Assembly (NCBI GenBank): GCA_000165425.1
Contig: CT867997.1
Location: 186,001-250,000 of the forward strand
Source of the DNA: Paramecium tetraurelia
Lineage: Eukaryota
Reading direction: 5' to 3'
DNA length: 64,000 nucleotides
In this document: in pieces, positions 27,661 to 39,900 of the stretch
How positions within the stretch are numbered: position 1 is the first letter of the stretch
Layout of the letters: every line of letters starts with the position of its first letter
Position numbers and translations under genes: made by a program
Notes under the pieces: model-generated
The model's input: the letters and a program-made list of their open reading frames with translations, nothing else
The model's database searches: none
Told to the model about the DNA's origin: nothing

Positions 27661-28048
27661 GCAATATTATATTATTAATCTAATGCAAATTTATAAAGAT
27701 TTAAATTTTTAAAGTCTTCACTCGTAAAAACAATTAATAGTAAAAAAATAGTTATTCAAATTTGATGTCGTAAAAGCTTTACACTCTTAATATATAATTT
27801 CAAGAATTACTACTGATTTCTAAATTTTAAGACAGAAAGTTGTACATAATCTATATAAGGTGAAATGAATAAACTATAAATATCAACATTTACATTATAA
27901 TTAATTTTTAAATATTGATTAAAAATACTAATTCCAAACCACTACGAGTTTATTTCTAAAGAAAACATCCACAGAATCAAATGATCTAATATTCGATGTT
28001 ATACAAAATCCTAAAAAAACTTTTTGAAAAATAAAATTTATCAATAAT

Positions 28049-28584
28049 TCAATTTTAATGTAAGAGCATCTTCTAATATTAATTATTAAGCACTTTTTTA
28101 ATGTTAACTAATTATTCATCTAAATTATGTTTTTAATTCATGCAACAATCACTCCTAACAATATTTATTTCTTAATATAGTAACTTTGATAAAATGGAGA
28201 CTATTTAATTATTCAAAGAATTAATAATTCGTTCCTTAACATTAGTTAGAAGTGCACTATTCTATTCAAACAATTTAATTTCCCCCGTAGCAATATCAAT
28301 AATAATATTCTAACATTTGCGCATTAATCTTCTTTTCCTCTATTTCGAAAAGAAATTATTTGTGTCTCTTTAATAGTTTCTAAAAATATGCTTTGCCGAA
28401 GAGTACTTTAACCTGTGAAGTTTGGCCGCCTAATTAAAATATAATTGAAAATAACCTAATAGACTGGTAAATGATCATTAATCACACTATTAATCAAATT
28501 TAATTTGACCTCTTAATCAATTTTTAATCTCTATCTTTATAAGGGTTGCTAGGAATTGTCAACTTTATTTTAAATTTTAATCAT
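28049..28584 (-). CDS. Small helix-turn-helix (homeodomain-like) protein
   Basis: MIKIQNK...KIDQEVKLNLINSVINDHLPVYQ|AAKLHRLKYSSAKHIFRNY; one GTT..TAG intron; TGA 28051-28049. Confidence 0.7.
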
Positions 28585-29370
28585 CTTTGGAATAATTAAT
28601 AATAAAGATTTAAATAAATATATCTAATTTATATTACACACATATATTTGTTTTCATAAAAATTATATATTAGTATAAATTCGTTTAAAAAAAAGTTAAC
28701 GAAATGTATTTTTCCCCCTAATTTTATGGATAAATTTTTTAAAGCAACATGATTTCTAAGATGTAGCTTCTCCTCTTTTTATGATTAGTAAAAATATTAT
28801 GATGCTATTGAAATATCTTTTCTAAATTTATGATGTGAATTAACTGTTAAAAAATATTAAATTAAGAGAGTAAATAATAAAAAGTTTAAATTATCACCAC
28901 AAACTCAATTTTAATATAAAGTTTGCCATGAAATTATGTAAAAAAGCTTTTTAGTATCTTAAATATTTGGTATTCCTATTATCTCTAAGTATCAAATATA
29001 TTTAATGAATGTAAATCATTTAGTTGTAACTATTATTTATTATGATATTCTATTCATTAAACTTTATAGGATAACAATATCGAAATATCATTACCAAATT
29101 TCAATCTTTTCTTTGATATCAATATTAATAGAAACTATTTTTAATTCTAAAAATGGCTTATTTTAAAGTCTGAAAAGTGTAGCATCTAATTAATGACCTT
29201 CTTTTTATTGATTTTGCATTTAGGTTTAAGATGAAATTGTGAATTGATTGAATGCCTGTTGTTAATTAAGTTAATTTTTAAGATTATATTAATTATTCTT
29301 TAATATTAAGAATTTATTGGTTAAAATAACTTCTATAATTCATTTAATTTATATATATATTTACAAATTA

Positions 29371-31670
29371 ATGGACCTGAGATGGTTACAGGATGAAGAT
29401 AACATAACAAGTATTTGAGTTTTTAATTATTGATAAGCTGCGGATTAATGCGATCACTTTAATGCATCCTTCATTAGTTCTCCAAACAGATCATAATTAG
29501 GAAAAACAATGAAAAATTAATACACCGCAGTTGAATTTGCTGATACTTTAGGGAAAATATTCTAAGTAATAAATTAATTTTCCACGTTTGTAGGCTATAA
29601 AAGAGAATAATTTGGAGAGAATATAAGGTTTGGTAAATACTCACAAGAGTAGATCATATAATTTAGGAGGAGATCCTGAATTTAAGTGGGACATCATTAA
29701 TGATTTGAGTCTTAATTGGTCTCCACTTCACCATTCTATCTTTTTAGGTTGCGATGCTATATTTTTGTGGTTTTTGAGCGAAGGAGGTGATATCACATCA
29801 ATTACATATGATGGATACTCAGCTTTGACGTTGGCTGTTTTATCAAGAAATGAATTAATGGTCAATTTATTAATTGCATAGCCAAATCTTAACATTAATC
29901 ATGTCTCAAGAAAGGGATCCGCTTTGCATATTGCAATTCAATTAAATCAAATTACAATTTTGTAGTTATTATTATAACATCCCACCCTTAACCTAAACAT
30001 ATACAATGATCAATTACAATAACCTATTGATGTTGCCACTGGAAAAGCAAAATCGATGTTAGAGAAAGAATTATAACTGAGAACTACTATTAATTAAAAT
30101 TAACCAAAGGACTAAATTTCCATATTGAGTTCAAAGGATATTCCATTAAACACATTAGATGTAAAATAATATTTAAATTATCAAACAGACCTTTATTATC
30201 AATAGACCTTAGAAGCCTCCTGTATACAAAGGATATATTGAGAAGTTGCATTTTTCACATCTATATTCCTATTAGAGATACATCGTTATTGATCCAGATA
30301 CTGGAGTTTTGGTCAGATACTAAAACAAAGAGGATTGTCCTCTAAATCCAAAAGAAACTATACCTCTTTAAAATATATTTAATCTCTAGATAATTGTCAA
30401 AGAGAGACTGTTTACAGACAATTCGTTTTAATTATTAATTGAATACAATTAGAAAAAGATGTATTTTATATTTTCATCATAAAAAATGGCATAAATATGG
30501 TATGATTCGATTAAAGCTGCTTTGGGATATACAATTTATGTTAAATTTAAATTAGATTAATACAGTGAAAAGAAAGAAGTGAAGAAAGTATTTAATTAAG
30601 TCAACACCATATTATTAGATATGAATAATTAGTCAATAGAGATTGATAAATAAGCAAATCAAAATTAATAGAAAGAAGAACAAATTGAATTTCAATAAAA
30701 ATAGGAAAAACAATTATTTAATAATCTAAAATTTTCAGATTTCTAGATTGCAGAAATTCTCTAGAAAGGATCTCTTGGCAGAATTTACAAAGCAACATAT
30801 TTAAAAGATAACAAAATATATGTTTTAAAATAATAAAACAAAGAGTAACTTAGAAAGTGTTCTTAACTTGAAAATGCAATAGATAAAGTAAAGATGCTGA
30901 GAGAGATATCTCATCCATTTCTTGTTAACATCAAAGGGTTATTCTAAACAAAAGAAAATATTTACTATTAAATGAAATATTATGATTATGGTGACCTATC
31001 CCAATATATTGGATAAGGTAATGTTTTATCTGAGAATGTTGCTAAAATTTTGATTGCTCAAATAATTGCAGCTATTGAATATTTGCACTCCCAAAACATT
31101 GTATATGGAGATTTGAAGCCAAACAATGTAATGGTTGATAAAAATGGATTCTTGAAATTGGCTTATTTAGGACTCAATAATGATATATTAAAAGATAAGA
31201 TTGCCTTATTTTTTTATAGATTTATTGCATATTTGGCACCAGAAATCATAAAAGGAGAAAGTGTAACCTAATCTGTTGATGTTTATGGTATAGGAGTCTT
31301 GCTATATGAAATGTTAACTGGATATCCTCCTCATTTGATATAAAATTTTGAATTAATGCTCCAAAGAATATAACATTGTCCTATTAATTATGATACTATC
31401 AAATCAAAGATGGCTGTCAAAATATTAAAGAAAATGCTTCAAAAGGATTAAACAAGTCGTCCAAGTCTGAGGGAAATAAAGAATCATGTATTTTTTGCAG
31501 ATATTAATTGGAATAAGCTACTCATGAAAAATATGCTTCCACCAAAATTAATAAAAATAAATAGAGAGCAACTCATATCAGAACAACAAATTTCGGAAAT
31601 TATAATTGATCATGACTATTTGGATGAAGGAGAAAAACCCAATTATGTTGAAAATTGGAGTTTATTATGA
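29371..31670 (+). CDS. Ankyrin-repeat + PH + AGC-like kinase-domain protein (probable pseudokinase)
   Basis: WSPLHHS, GYSALTLAV, GSALHIA (ankyrin); YKGYIEK...WYDSIKAA (PH); YGDLKPNN...KLAYLGL...YLAPE...DVYGIG. Confidence 0.85.
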
Positions 31671-31710
31671 ATGTAAATTTGCTTTTATATACATTAATCT
31701 ATTAAATAAA

Positions 31711-32090
31711 TCATTTTACTTCTTCAAATTATTCAAGATTAACATCATTGATAAAAGGTATTTTTTGACAATATCCTTCCCAGCATTTTCATATTATATT
31801 TCATTATTTCTAATCCATATATTATTATTTTTTTCTGGGCTTTCCTAATAATAGAGAACGCCTCAATCACAACAAGAAGAACTTTCTGGTTAATTTTTAA
31901 GCACATTAATAGCATGAATAGGTGGTTCCTTTTATAAAATCATTAATGGGTTTTCAGTAAATGATCCATCAGATTAGAGAATTGGTCTGCTTCCTTTCAT
32001 ATCATTTCCAGTCAAATTTCATATCCAAACAATTGTGCCTTTATAAATGGATTCTTTTTATTAGGGAATATTGTCTAAATCTATTAACAT
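31711..32090 (-). pseudogene. Frameshifted relic, possibly the C-terminal conserved region of an XRN-family exoribonuclease
   Basis: All three frames contain TGA; mosaic motifs YKGTIVWI / FDWK*Y / PILQSD / PESS / WEGYCQKIPFINDVNL resemble the XRN CR2 pattern by eye. Confidence 0.4.
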
Positions 32091-32670
32091 AAATTTTTAT
32101 TAAATTTTATTGTAATTTTATACGTTTTGATGAATATTAAAATATTTTTGTTATTTAATTATTTACAAATAAAGAAAAATGTTATTGAATGTGGATAGCA
32201 TAAGTATAAGGGATTATTATTAAATAATTTCAATAATTAAATAACACTATATTGATATCGTAATTTAAAAATTAAGTTGAATAAAATAAAATTGTTTTAA
32301 TTTATACGATATAGAAAATAATAAACTTATCTACAAAATAAAAAAATAAAGAAATAATTTAAATCAGTTCAAAACTTCCAGAAATTTTAAAGTATGATTA
32401 TAGAATTAGTACTCTCCTTCTATTAAATCATTACAAAATAATTCTTAAGACGGAGCATAACGATTAAGTCAAACATTTTAGATTAATTTGAAATTTACTT
32501 TAGATCAAAATAATATAATTTATAAATGCATATATATAAGATGCATATGATAAGAAATCAAATTATTATTTTTAGATATTTATTTACCTAATTTTTTAAT
32601 GATTTGTTTTATTTCAATATAAAGGTAATATTAATCGTATAACTTATTTTATTTTTATTTTTAACATCTA

Positions 32671-35236
32671 ATGTCAGCGAGACCTTCCGGATATTAGTAA
32701 TTTAAGGATGAACAAGTCAATGTTAATATTGTCAAACAAAAACCTGAAGATGTATAAGCAGGAACTCTTTGCAAAGGAGGTAATGCAGATTTTCCAATTG
32801 ATTAAATTCCCCCCAACTTTGAATTGGCTGAGCTTCATAGCGTAATAATTAATTATAAGGCAGTAAGCTTGGAATGTAGGCACAACAAAATTATCTAAAA
32901 GTCAAAAAAGAAAATTACAACGACACCAAAGTAGTACATAACAAAACAACCAAGATGACCTTATTGGAAAGATTTGTGATTGCTGTGCAAGATAAGTGCC
33001 TAATCACTTGTTATCGATAGGTTGCAATAATAAGGACTATTCATTTTTAGGGGCAGGTAAGATTTGGTACAAATTTAGGTATGCCATTATATTTTGAATA
33101 TATAAAATCTTGTATTTTGATGCTTTTAATTATGTTTGTGACCTCAGGAGATTATAATATTATAACCAACATTGCATTTGGAACATCGTGCAAAGCTTTG
33201 GAAGATCATAAAGGTTAGGAGATAGATGAAAAGACATTTTGCCAAAGAAATTGGGTTACAGAATCTTCATTAGCAAACAAGAGGAATGGATCGGAGTTCA
33301 TAGATCTTTAACAGATGTTAAATTTAATATCAATGATAACATTGATAATATTGTTTTAGTATTTTAGAAAAGAACAAAGAGCTTTTGATGCAGAAATTGA
33401 TTCATAAACACAATATGCTTCTGATTTTACTGTTTTATTAAAGAATATCCCAACAGATCCAACTGGACTACAAAATGGCGATTTTGATGATGATTTAAAA
33501 AACTTTATGGAATAACATATATCCAAATACAAAAAACTACAAGAAATTATAGATTACGAATAGGATAGAAAGTAGTATCAAATTTAAACAAAAAAACCAG
33601 TTACAGAATTGAAGAGAGTTGTTGCTGTGAACTTATGCTATAACCTAGATGATCAATACTAATTGGAAAAATCAAAGTAAGCAAAAATAGTCTTGAAGCA
33701 AAAGGTACATTTTATCTTCTATTTAGATATTATCTAATTTGTATGGTTAAGGCAAAGACCCATTAAGTTCTGATGTGAAATCAGATCCCTAAGTTAATTA
33801 AATTGATAATGAAATATCTGAGATTGAAAACTAATTGGAAGCTCTAGAAAAGAGATTTACAGAAGGAAAGGATGTCAAGAATTACTTTTTAGGATAAGCC
33901 TTTGTTACCTTTCAATGGGAAAATGATGTCTAACAATTACTAGAAGAATACAAACTTTCTAAGATTTAAAGATTATTTGGAAAGAAAAGTCAATTAGTTT
34001 ATCGAGGTGCCAATTTGATTGTAGAAGAACCACCTGAACCTACTGATGTGTTTTGGGAGAATCTACACATTACTACAAAATCAAAAGTATTTAGGAGATT
34101 GTTTGGTTATGCAATTACAGCTCTTATTTTAATTTTATGTGCAGGATTAATCTATTGGTTGTCAGCCATATAAGCTGAGAGTGCTGAAGAATAAGCCTTG
34201 GCAGTTAAATAAGGAGATTTAAAACCCAATATCAAAGTCAAGATTATTGCTTAGGTTGCCTCAATTTCAATTATTGTGATCAATGCATTACTTGCCATGT
34301 TTATAAAGAACATATCACTTTTTGAAAAGTTCTCTACTTAGACAGGTTTTAACATTAGTTTGGCAAGTAAATCAAGCATGGCTTAGTTTATAAATACCGC
34401 CGTAATTACTTTTGCTATTTCTACTTGGGTAACCAAGAATATTTATGGGGCTGGAGGTTTAGTTTATAATCAAACTTATGTGTTTATTTCTAATGCGTTC
34501 ATCCCAGGTATTATACAACTCATAGATGCTGGAACAATCTCTAAATGGCTATTTTAATATCTAGAAAAGAAAAAAGGATCGAAATCAATCAAAACACAAT
34601 AACAATTACATGAGTATGTTTCTTATCTTAATTAGATTATTCGAAAAGCCAGTATTTGATATTTCTACAGCTTATGCAACTATTCTGAAAAATATGTATG
34701 TCGTTGCATTCTATGCTTCAGTCATACCTCTTGCTTTAGTAATTACTTGTGTAGCATTATTGGTTCACTACTGGGTTGAAAAATACAATATTGCAAGAAG
34801 AAGAACAATTAAATATAATTATAGTTCTCAAATGTCAATAGAAATGATAGAATAATTAGAGTTAGTCTTGCCTATCTATTGTGTATATTATCATTTCAAT
34901 TATTAAGATGACTAATTTGTGGTGGGAGTATGTATTCTTAGAATCAATTTCAACTGAAGCTATAATTGGAATATGCTTGGGAGTTGGAAATGCAATCTTG
35001 CCTATGCATGAAATTAATGAAAGCATGTTTTCAATGAAATCAGAAATTGATGAGCACTTACCAATCTAAGAAGCTGAAACTGGTTTCTTAACAGTAATAT
35101 AGATTTTATATTATTTTAGGATTATTGCAGAGAAAATCCAGCTACTGCTGAAACTGCCAGACAATAATACAAGATCAGAGTTGAAAAGCATAAATAATAA
35201 AAGTTAAATATGGATAAGATGTTTGGAGACTAATGA
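32671..35236 (+). CDS. OSCA/TMEM63 (CSC1-like) mechanosensitive channel
   Basis: SDFTVLLKNIP, GQAFVTF, EEPPEPTDVFWENL, multiple hydrophobic helices, FYASVIPL...YWVEKY. Confidence 0.85.
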
Positions 35237-35461
35237 TAATAATAATTTTAGAACATTTATTTTTAAAATCAGTTTTTTTAACTATTTTTTTCTATTTAAT
35301 TAATGATGAAGGTAATAATAAATTAATTTTTTATCGAGTTAATAAGTTCGATTATACGTTTTCAAGTATTCAACTTCATTTTATTCGTTTCACAAGGTTA
35401 AAGTGATACAAACATATAACTAATATTATCAATAGCAAAATATATATATATATTTTTTATT

Positions 35462-36141
35462 TCATATAAGTATTAAAGGTCTAAATGTCTTTTTAATGGA
35501 TTCAAACTTCTGCTGTAAGATTTCTAGCTCAGGAGTTGGTTCAATCCTATCAATCTGCTATGGTTTCTTGCTTAGATATTCGACTTAAAATTTTAATGAT
35601 AATATACTTTTCTTAAAATACGGATGGTATACTATTATGCCTTCATTTGTTGTTTAAACCCTTTAAATTTGAGAATCATTTTAAATTTTCACTTGTTCTT
35701 GATTCTAACTAAGATTCGTCAATAAGTTTTGTATTAGAGACATTATCTAATTTATTTCATTGTGAATACTCCCTCTTCAGTTTATTCCTTTTTTTGTTTT
35801 TTTATAGCTGGTTTTTTGGGCTTTAAAACACAGAATTAAATTTAGAGATCGAAAGTTTATCCATTATCATGCGGATAGATGCAGTTTACCCAATCAGTCA
35901 TAAAACCATATTCATACACTATAATAATCTTATATGTGTTACCTTTCTTTTATTCCTATACTTTCTTTTACTAATACTTCTCCTACTTTTAATCTGATTT
36001 CTTGCCAGATGGTTTTTATTCTTTGATCTCTTATAGCATTTCTTTAAAGTTTTCTGTCATTTTCTTTTGCCTTTGAGACTTACGAACTAAAGATTTCTTA
36101 ATGTAATTACCTTGGTTTTGCTCTTCTTGCTTTGAGCTCAT
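35462..36141 (-). CDS. Hypothetical K/Q-rich protein
   Basis: MSSKQEEQNQ|VRKSQRQKKMT...; three tiny introns; ends RPLILI TGA. Confidence 0.6.
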
Positions 36142-36986
36142 CGCTTCAATTTTTAATATTAATCAATTCAATTAAAAATTAGCTAAAGAGGCTTAACAAT
36201 TGCAGAAATAACAAAAATATTATAAAAATTACTGTTCATAACTAATAACATCCCTCTAAATCTGGCAAGAAAAGACAATAAGGTTTTAAATATATTTATT
36301 ATTATAATACTCTTAGGTATAATATTTTTATTATCATAATAAGTTTAAAATTCAATAATACTCTGTGCGAACTATTCAAAGGTGGATTAAAATATGCAAA
36401 TCTTCTTGATTAATTTGTATTCAAATTGGTATTTAGACTGATTTCTTTCTTTTTTTGGAATTATTTTTATTTGAATTATACTAAATTTCTATATATATGT
36501 ATTTTTCACTTGATTTCCAATGTAAATTAAAATATCATATTCTGATTATTATTATATGAATTATTATTATTCTTAATTTGTTGATAGTTATAGTTTATAT
36601 TTGATTGTTTTTCTCTAATAATTAATATTAACATTATCAAAGTTAAAAAAATTTATTGGTCAGAATATTCAAGAAATTGAAGTAATAATCCCTAAAGATT
36701 TGAATTCAGCCAAATCAGTAAGAATAAAATTCAAGTTAAGTTTAATTAATTAATTGGAGATACTTATGGTGAAATATTAAATTATTGTACTTAACTAAGA
36801 GGGAATCCAATTTTGAGCTTTTGAAAATATAAGAGAAATATCACTTGGGTTCAAAATAGCTGTTTAACTCATGTAGAGTTATCAAATCAATTTAATTTGA
36901 TGATAAACCTTAGTTAATTCAAATGAATAATTATTCAAAATAATATTTTAATATATCTCAGTTTTAAATTACTTTATTAGAACCAC

Positions 36987-39900
36987 ATGAACTAATTAAC
37001 TACTATATACATAAGTGTTACAATATTGATATCAAAGGCACATAATTTCAATAAAGTAAGTTTAATACAGAGAAATCAATAAGAGTAAGAGGATAATTCA
37101 TAAATAAACTAATGTTAACTGAATTAGATAAAAGTAGAGGAAATTTGTTAAAGTAGAAGTAATAAAATACATTAGATTGCCACTTTAGTTGTCAATAATG
37201 TTATGAAATAGGATAGGATAAATGTATTTCTTGTAATATTGTTGCCAAAAGAACATTATGGAATAATCAATGTATATGTATGACAGCATATTATGAGAAT
37301 GACCAATAATCAGCCTGCTAAGGTAATATTGTGAAAGTAATAAAGAATGCCATAAATCTTGTAGAAGTTGCTCAGGATCAGGTGCTAATGATTGCTTAGG
37401 TTGCTATAATACCTTTGAAATACAAAATGGAAACTGTGTATGCAACTTAGGTTATTATTATGATTATGACAATATGGAATGTAGATGTATTAAATTATTA
37501 TAAATCAGAATGCCATTATAGTTGTGAATTTTGCAGCGGTTCTGGTATTGACAATTGCTTAAAATGTCTTATTGATTCCAATCGATCTTTAATAGATAAT
37601 AAATGCATGTGTTATGATGGCTATTATGATATATAAGGCAATCCTGTTTGTATAAGTAAAGAATTGATTTATGAGAGAATGTCATACAAATTGCTAGACT
37701 TGTAGTGAATATGAGATTTGTTAAAGTTGCACAAGTGACAGAACATTAATAAATAATGAATGCGTTTGTTAAAGCAATTACTTTTTGTTTAAATCTATTT
37801 TCTTTTCTACTTGTTAAGGTATAATATTACTTTTACATAGCTTGTAATAGACGATGCCTAACTTGTTTTGGTTAATTAGAATATGAATGTTTAAGTTGTG
37901 GACCACACAGCACTTTATAATTAAGCAATTCTTGCTTATGTGATCCAGGCTATTACTTTATAAATGACCAATGCTAAATTTGTGATTCGAACTGCCTAAC
38001 ATGTGTCTATAGTAGTACTCAGTGTGAGAGTTGTAATACAAATTATGTCTTATAATCGAATAATATCTGCTGTCATTCCTCTAATATCTTTGTTAGCAAT
38101 CAATGTGCATGCAATAGTACTCAATATAAGGATTCAAATGGAATTTGCTAATGTAATTATTAATACTAATTATTTGAGAATGTGCATCATCGTGTTTGAA
38201 TTGTCGTGGTATATTTTGTGATGAATGTTTAAATAAACTATATTATGGACCGAATTGTGATGTTCTAACCACTTTACCATCAAATTGTAGTTTATTTGAT
38301 ATAAATGGGACTTGTGGATAATGTGTCAATAATTATTAATTAAATTCATCAAAAATTTGCGAATGTAAGCTTCCAAGTTATGTTATAACTTCAGGAAATA
38401 ATTGTACAAGTAAGAAATTAAGAATACTAAGATTGTTCCACATATATATCTAATTGTACAGCTTGTAATCCTACTGGATGTTAATCTTGTGATTCAACAT
38501 ATTTTGTCTAATCAGGAAATTGTGTTTATTGCGGATCTAATTGTTTATCATGTTTAATATCAACAGCATGCTCGACTTGTGCTACAGGTCATTTTGGAGC
38601 AACATGTACACCATGTCATTAAAGTTGCTTGCATTGTTCAAATTCTGGCCCTAGTAATTGCATTTAATGTAAGAATAATGCCCATTAAGATACTTTGGGT
38701 CCTACATTTGGTTGTGTTTGTGATTCACATTATTACATGGATGCAAATTATGAATGCCAAATTTGTGATCAAAATTGCAATTAATGTTCTACTTCAAGTA
38801 CTTATTGTACAGAATGCAATTCTACTTTTAAGAGAATTTTTAATAGCAATAATTGCGATTGTGATACTGCTAATGGCTTTTAGGAACTAGGAACTTACTA
38901 ATGTTATAACATAGATTGTGGATATGGATGTGCAGATTGTGTGTCTATAATTTTTGGATTCGCTTGTAATTCTTGTATGGGAAGTGAAACATTTAGAATA
39001 AATGACCCTCTATCAAATTGCCCCTGTTAGGATGGGTATTATGATGTTCAAGCTAGGATTTGCTTATGTATTGTTTATTGTATACTTTAGAGTGTCCATA
39101 TTAATGTTCTACTTGTTAATTAGACCCATTTACTAATTTACCTGTATGCATCAAATGCTAAATAAATAGAGATAAGGATGATTTCTGTAGGTGTGCAAAA
39201 GGATTTTATGAAAGTGGGACTAACTGCCTGACATGTCCTCCAAATTGTTCTAGTTGTATGGACTAAAATCGTTGTATCAAATGTATTAATACCAATTTTG
39301 ATCATATTGAAATCAATGGATAATGCGTATGTAATCTAAAGAATTTTAATAATATATCTAACTGTTCATGTTTAGATGGATACTATCTTAACAATATCAA
39401 TAAAAAATGCTTACGTAAATTATATAACATATATATAGCCTGTCATTTTAATTGCATTACTTGTATATATGCAGCAACCAATTGCTTAACATGTAATGAT
39501 TATCATGCTTAACCACCAAATTGTGAATGCTCTCCTGGATTTTATTTGTAAGATTTCGAATGTTTGCCTTGTAAAAACAATTGTTTCAAATGCAAATCCT
39601 AGTCAGAATGTTTAGATTGCTCTGATCAGATGCAATTAATTAATAATAAATGTTATTGTTAAAATGGATATTTCAATTTACCAAATTCCTATGATTGTCA
39701 ACCTTGTGCTACTTAATGCACTACCTGTAGACACTAAGAAAATAATTGTACATCATGCAAATTCAATAGAATTTTACCTTAAAAATGCATATGTCCTGAT
39801 GGAACTTATGAAGTTGATGTATTTACTCCATGTAATGACTGTGATAATAAATGTAAGGTTTGCGAACTATCTTCTAATAATTGTTTATAATGCTCTCTTT

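Noticed and set aside
31711..32090. Selenoprotein or UGA-readthrough ORF (ATG 32090 with two in-frame TGA, one in CCD*G)
   Set aside because: Best motifs are spread over different frames, no SECIS is evident and there is almost no 3'UTR space; a pseudogene is simpler.
35998..36272. 13-bp inverted repeat (35998-36010 and 36260-36272) as possible element ends
   Set aside because: One arm lies inside a CDS, with no target duplication or transposase; compatible with chance.
36150..36986. Upstream extension of the Cys-rich gene
   Set aside because: In-frame TGAs upstream; ATG 36987 already gives a signal-peptide-like start.
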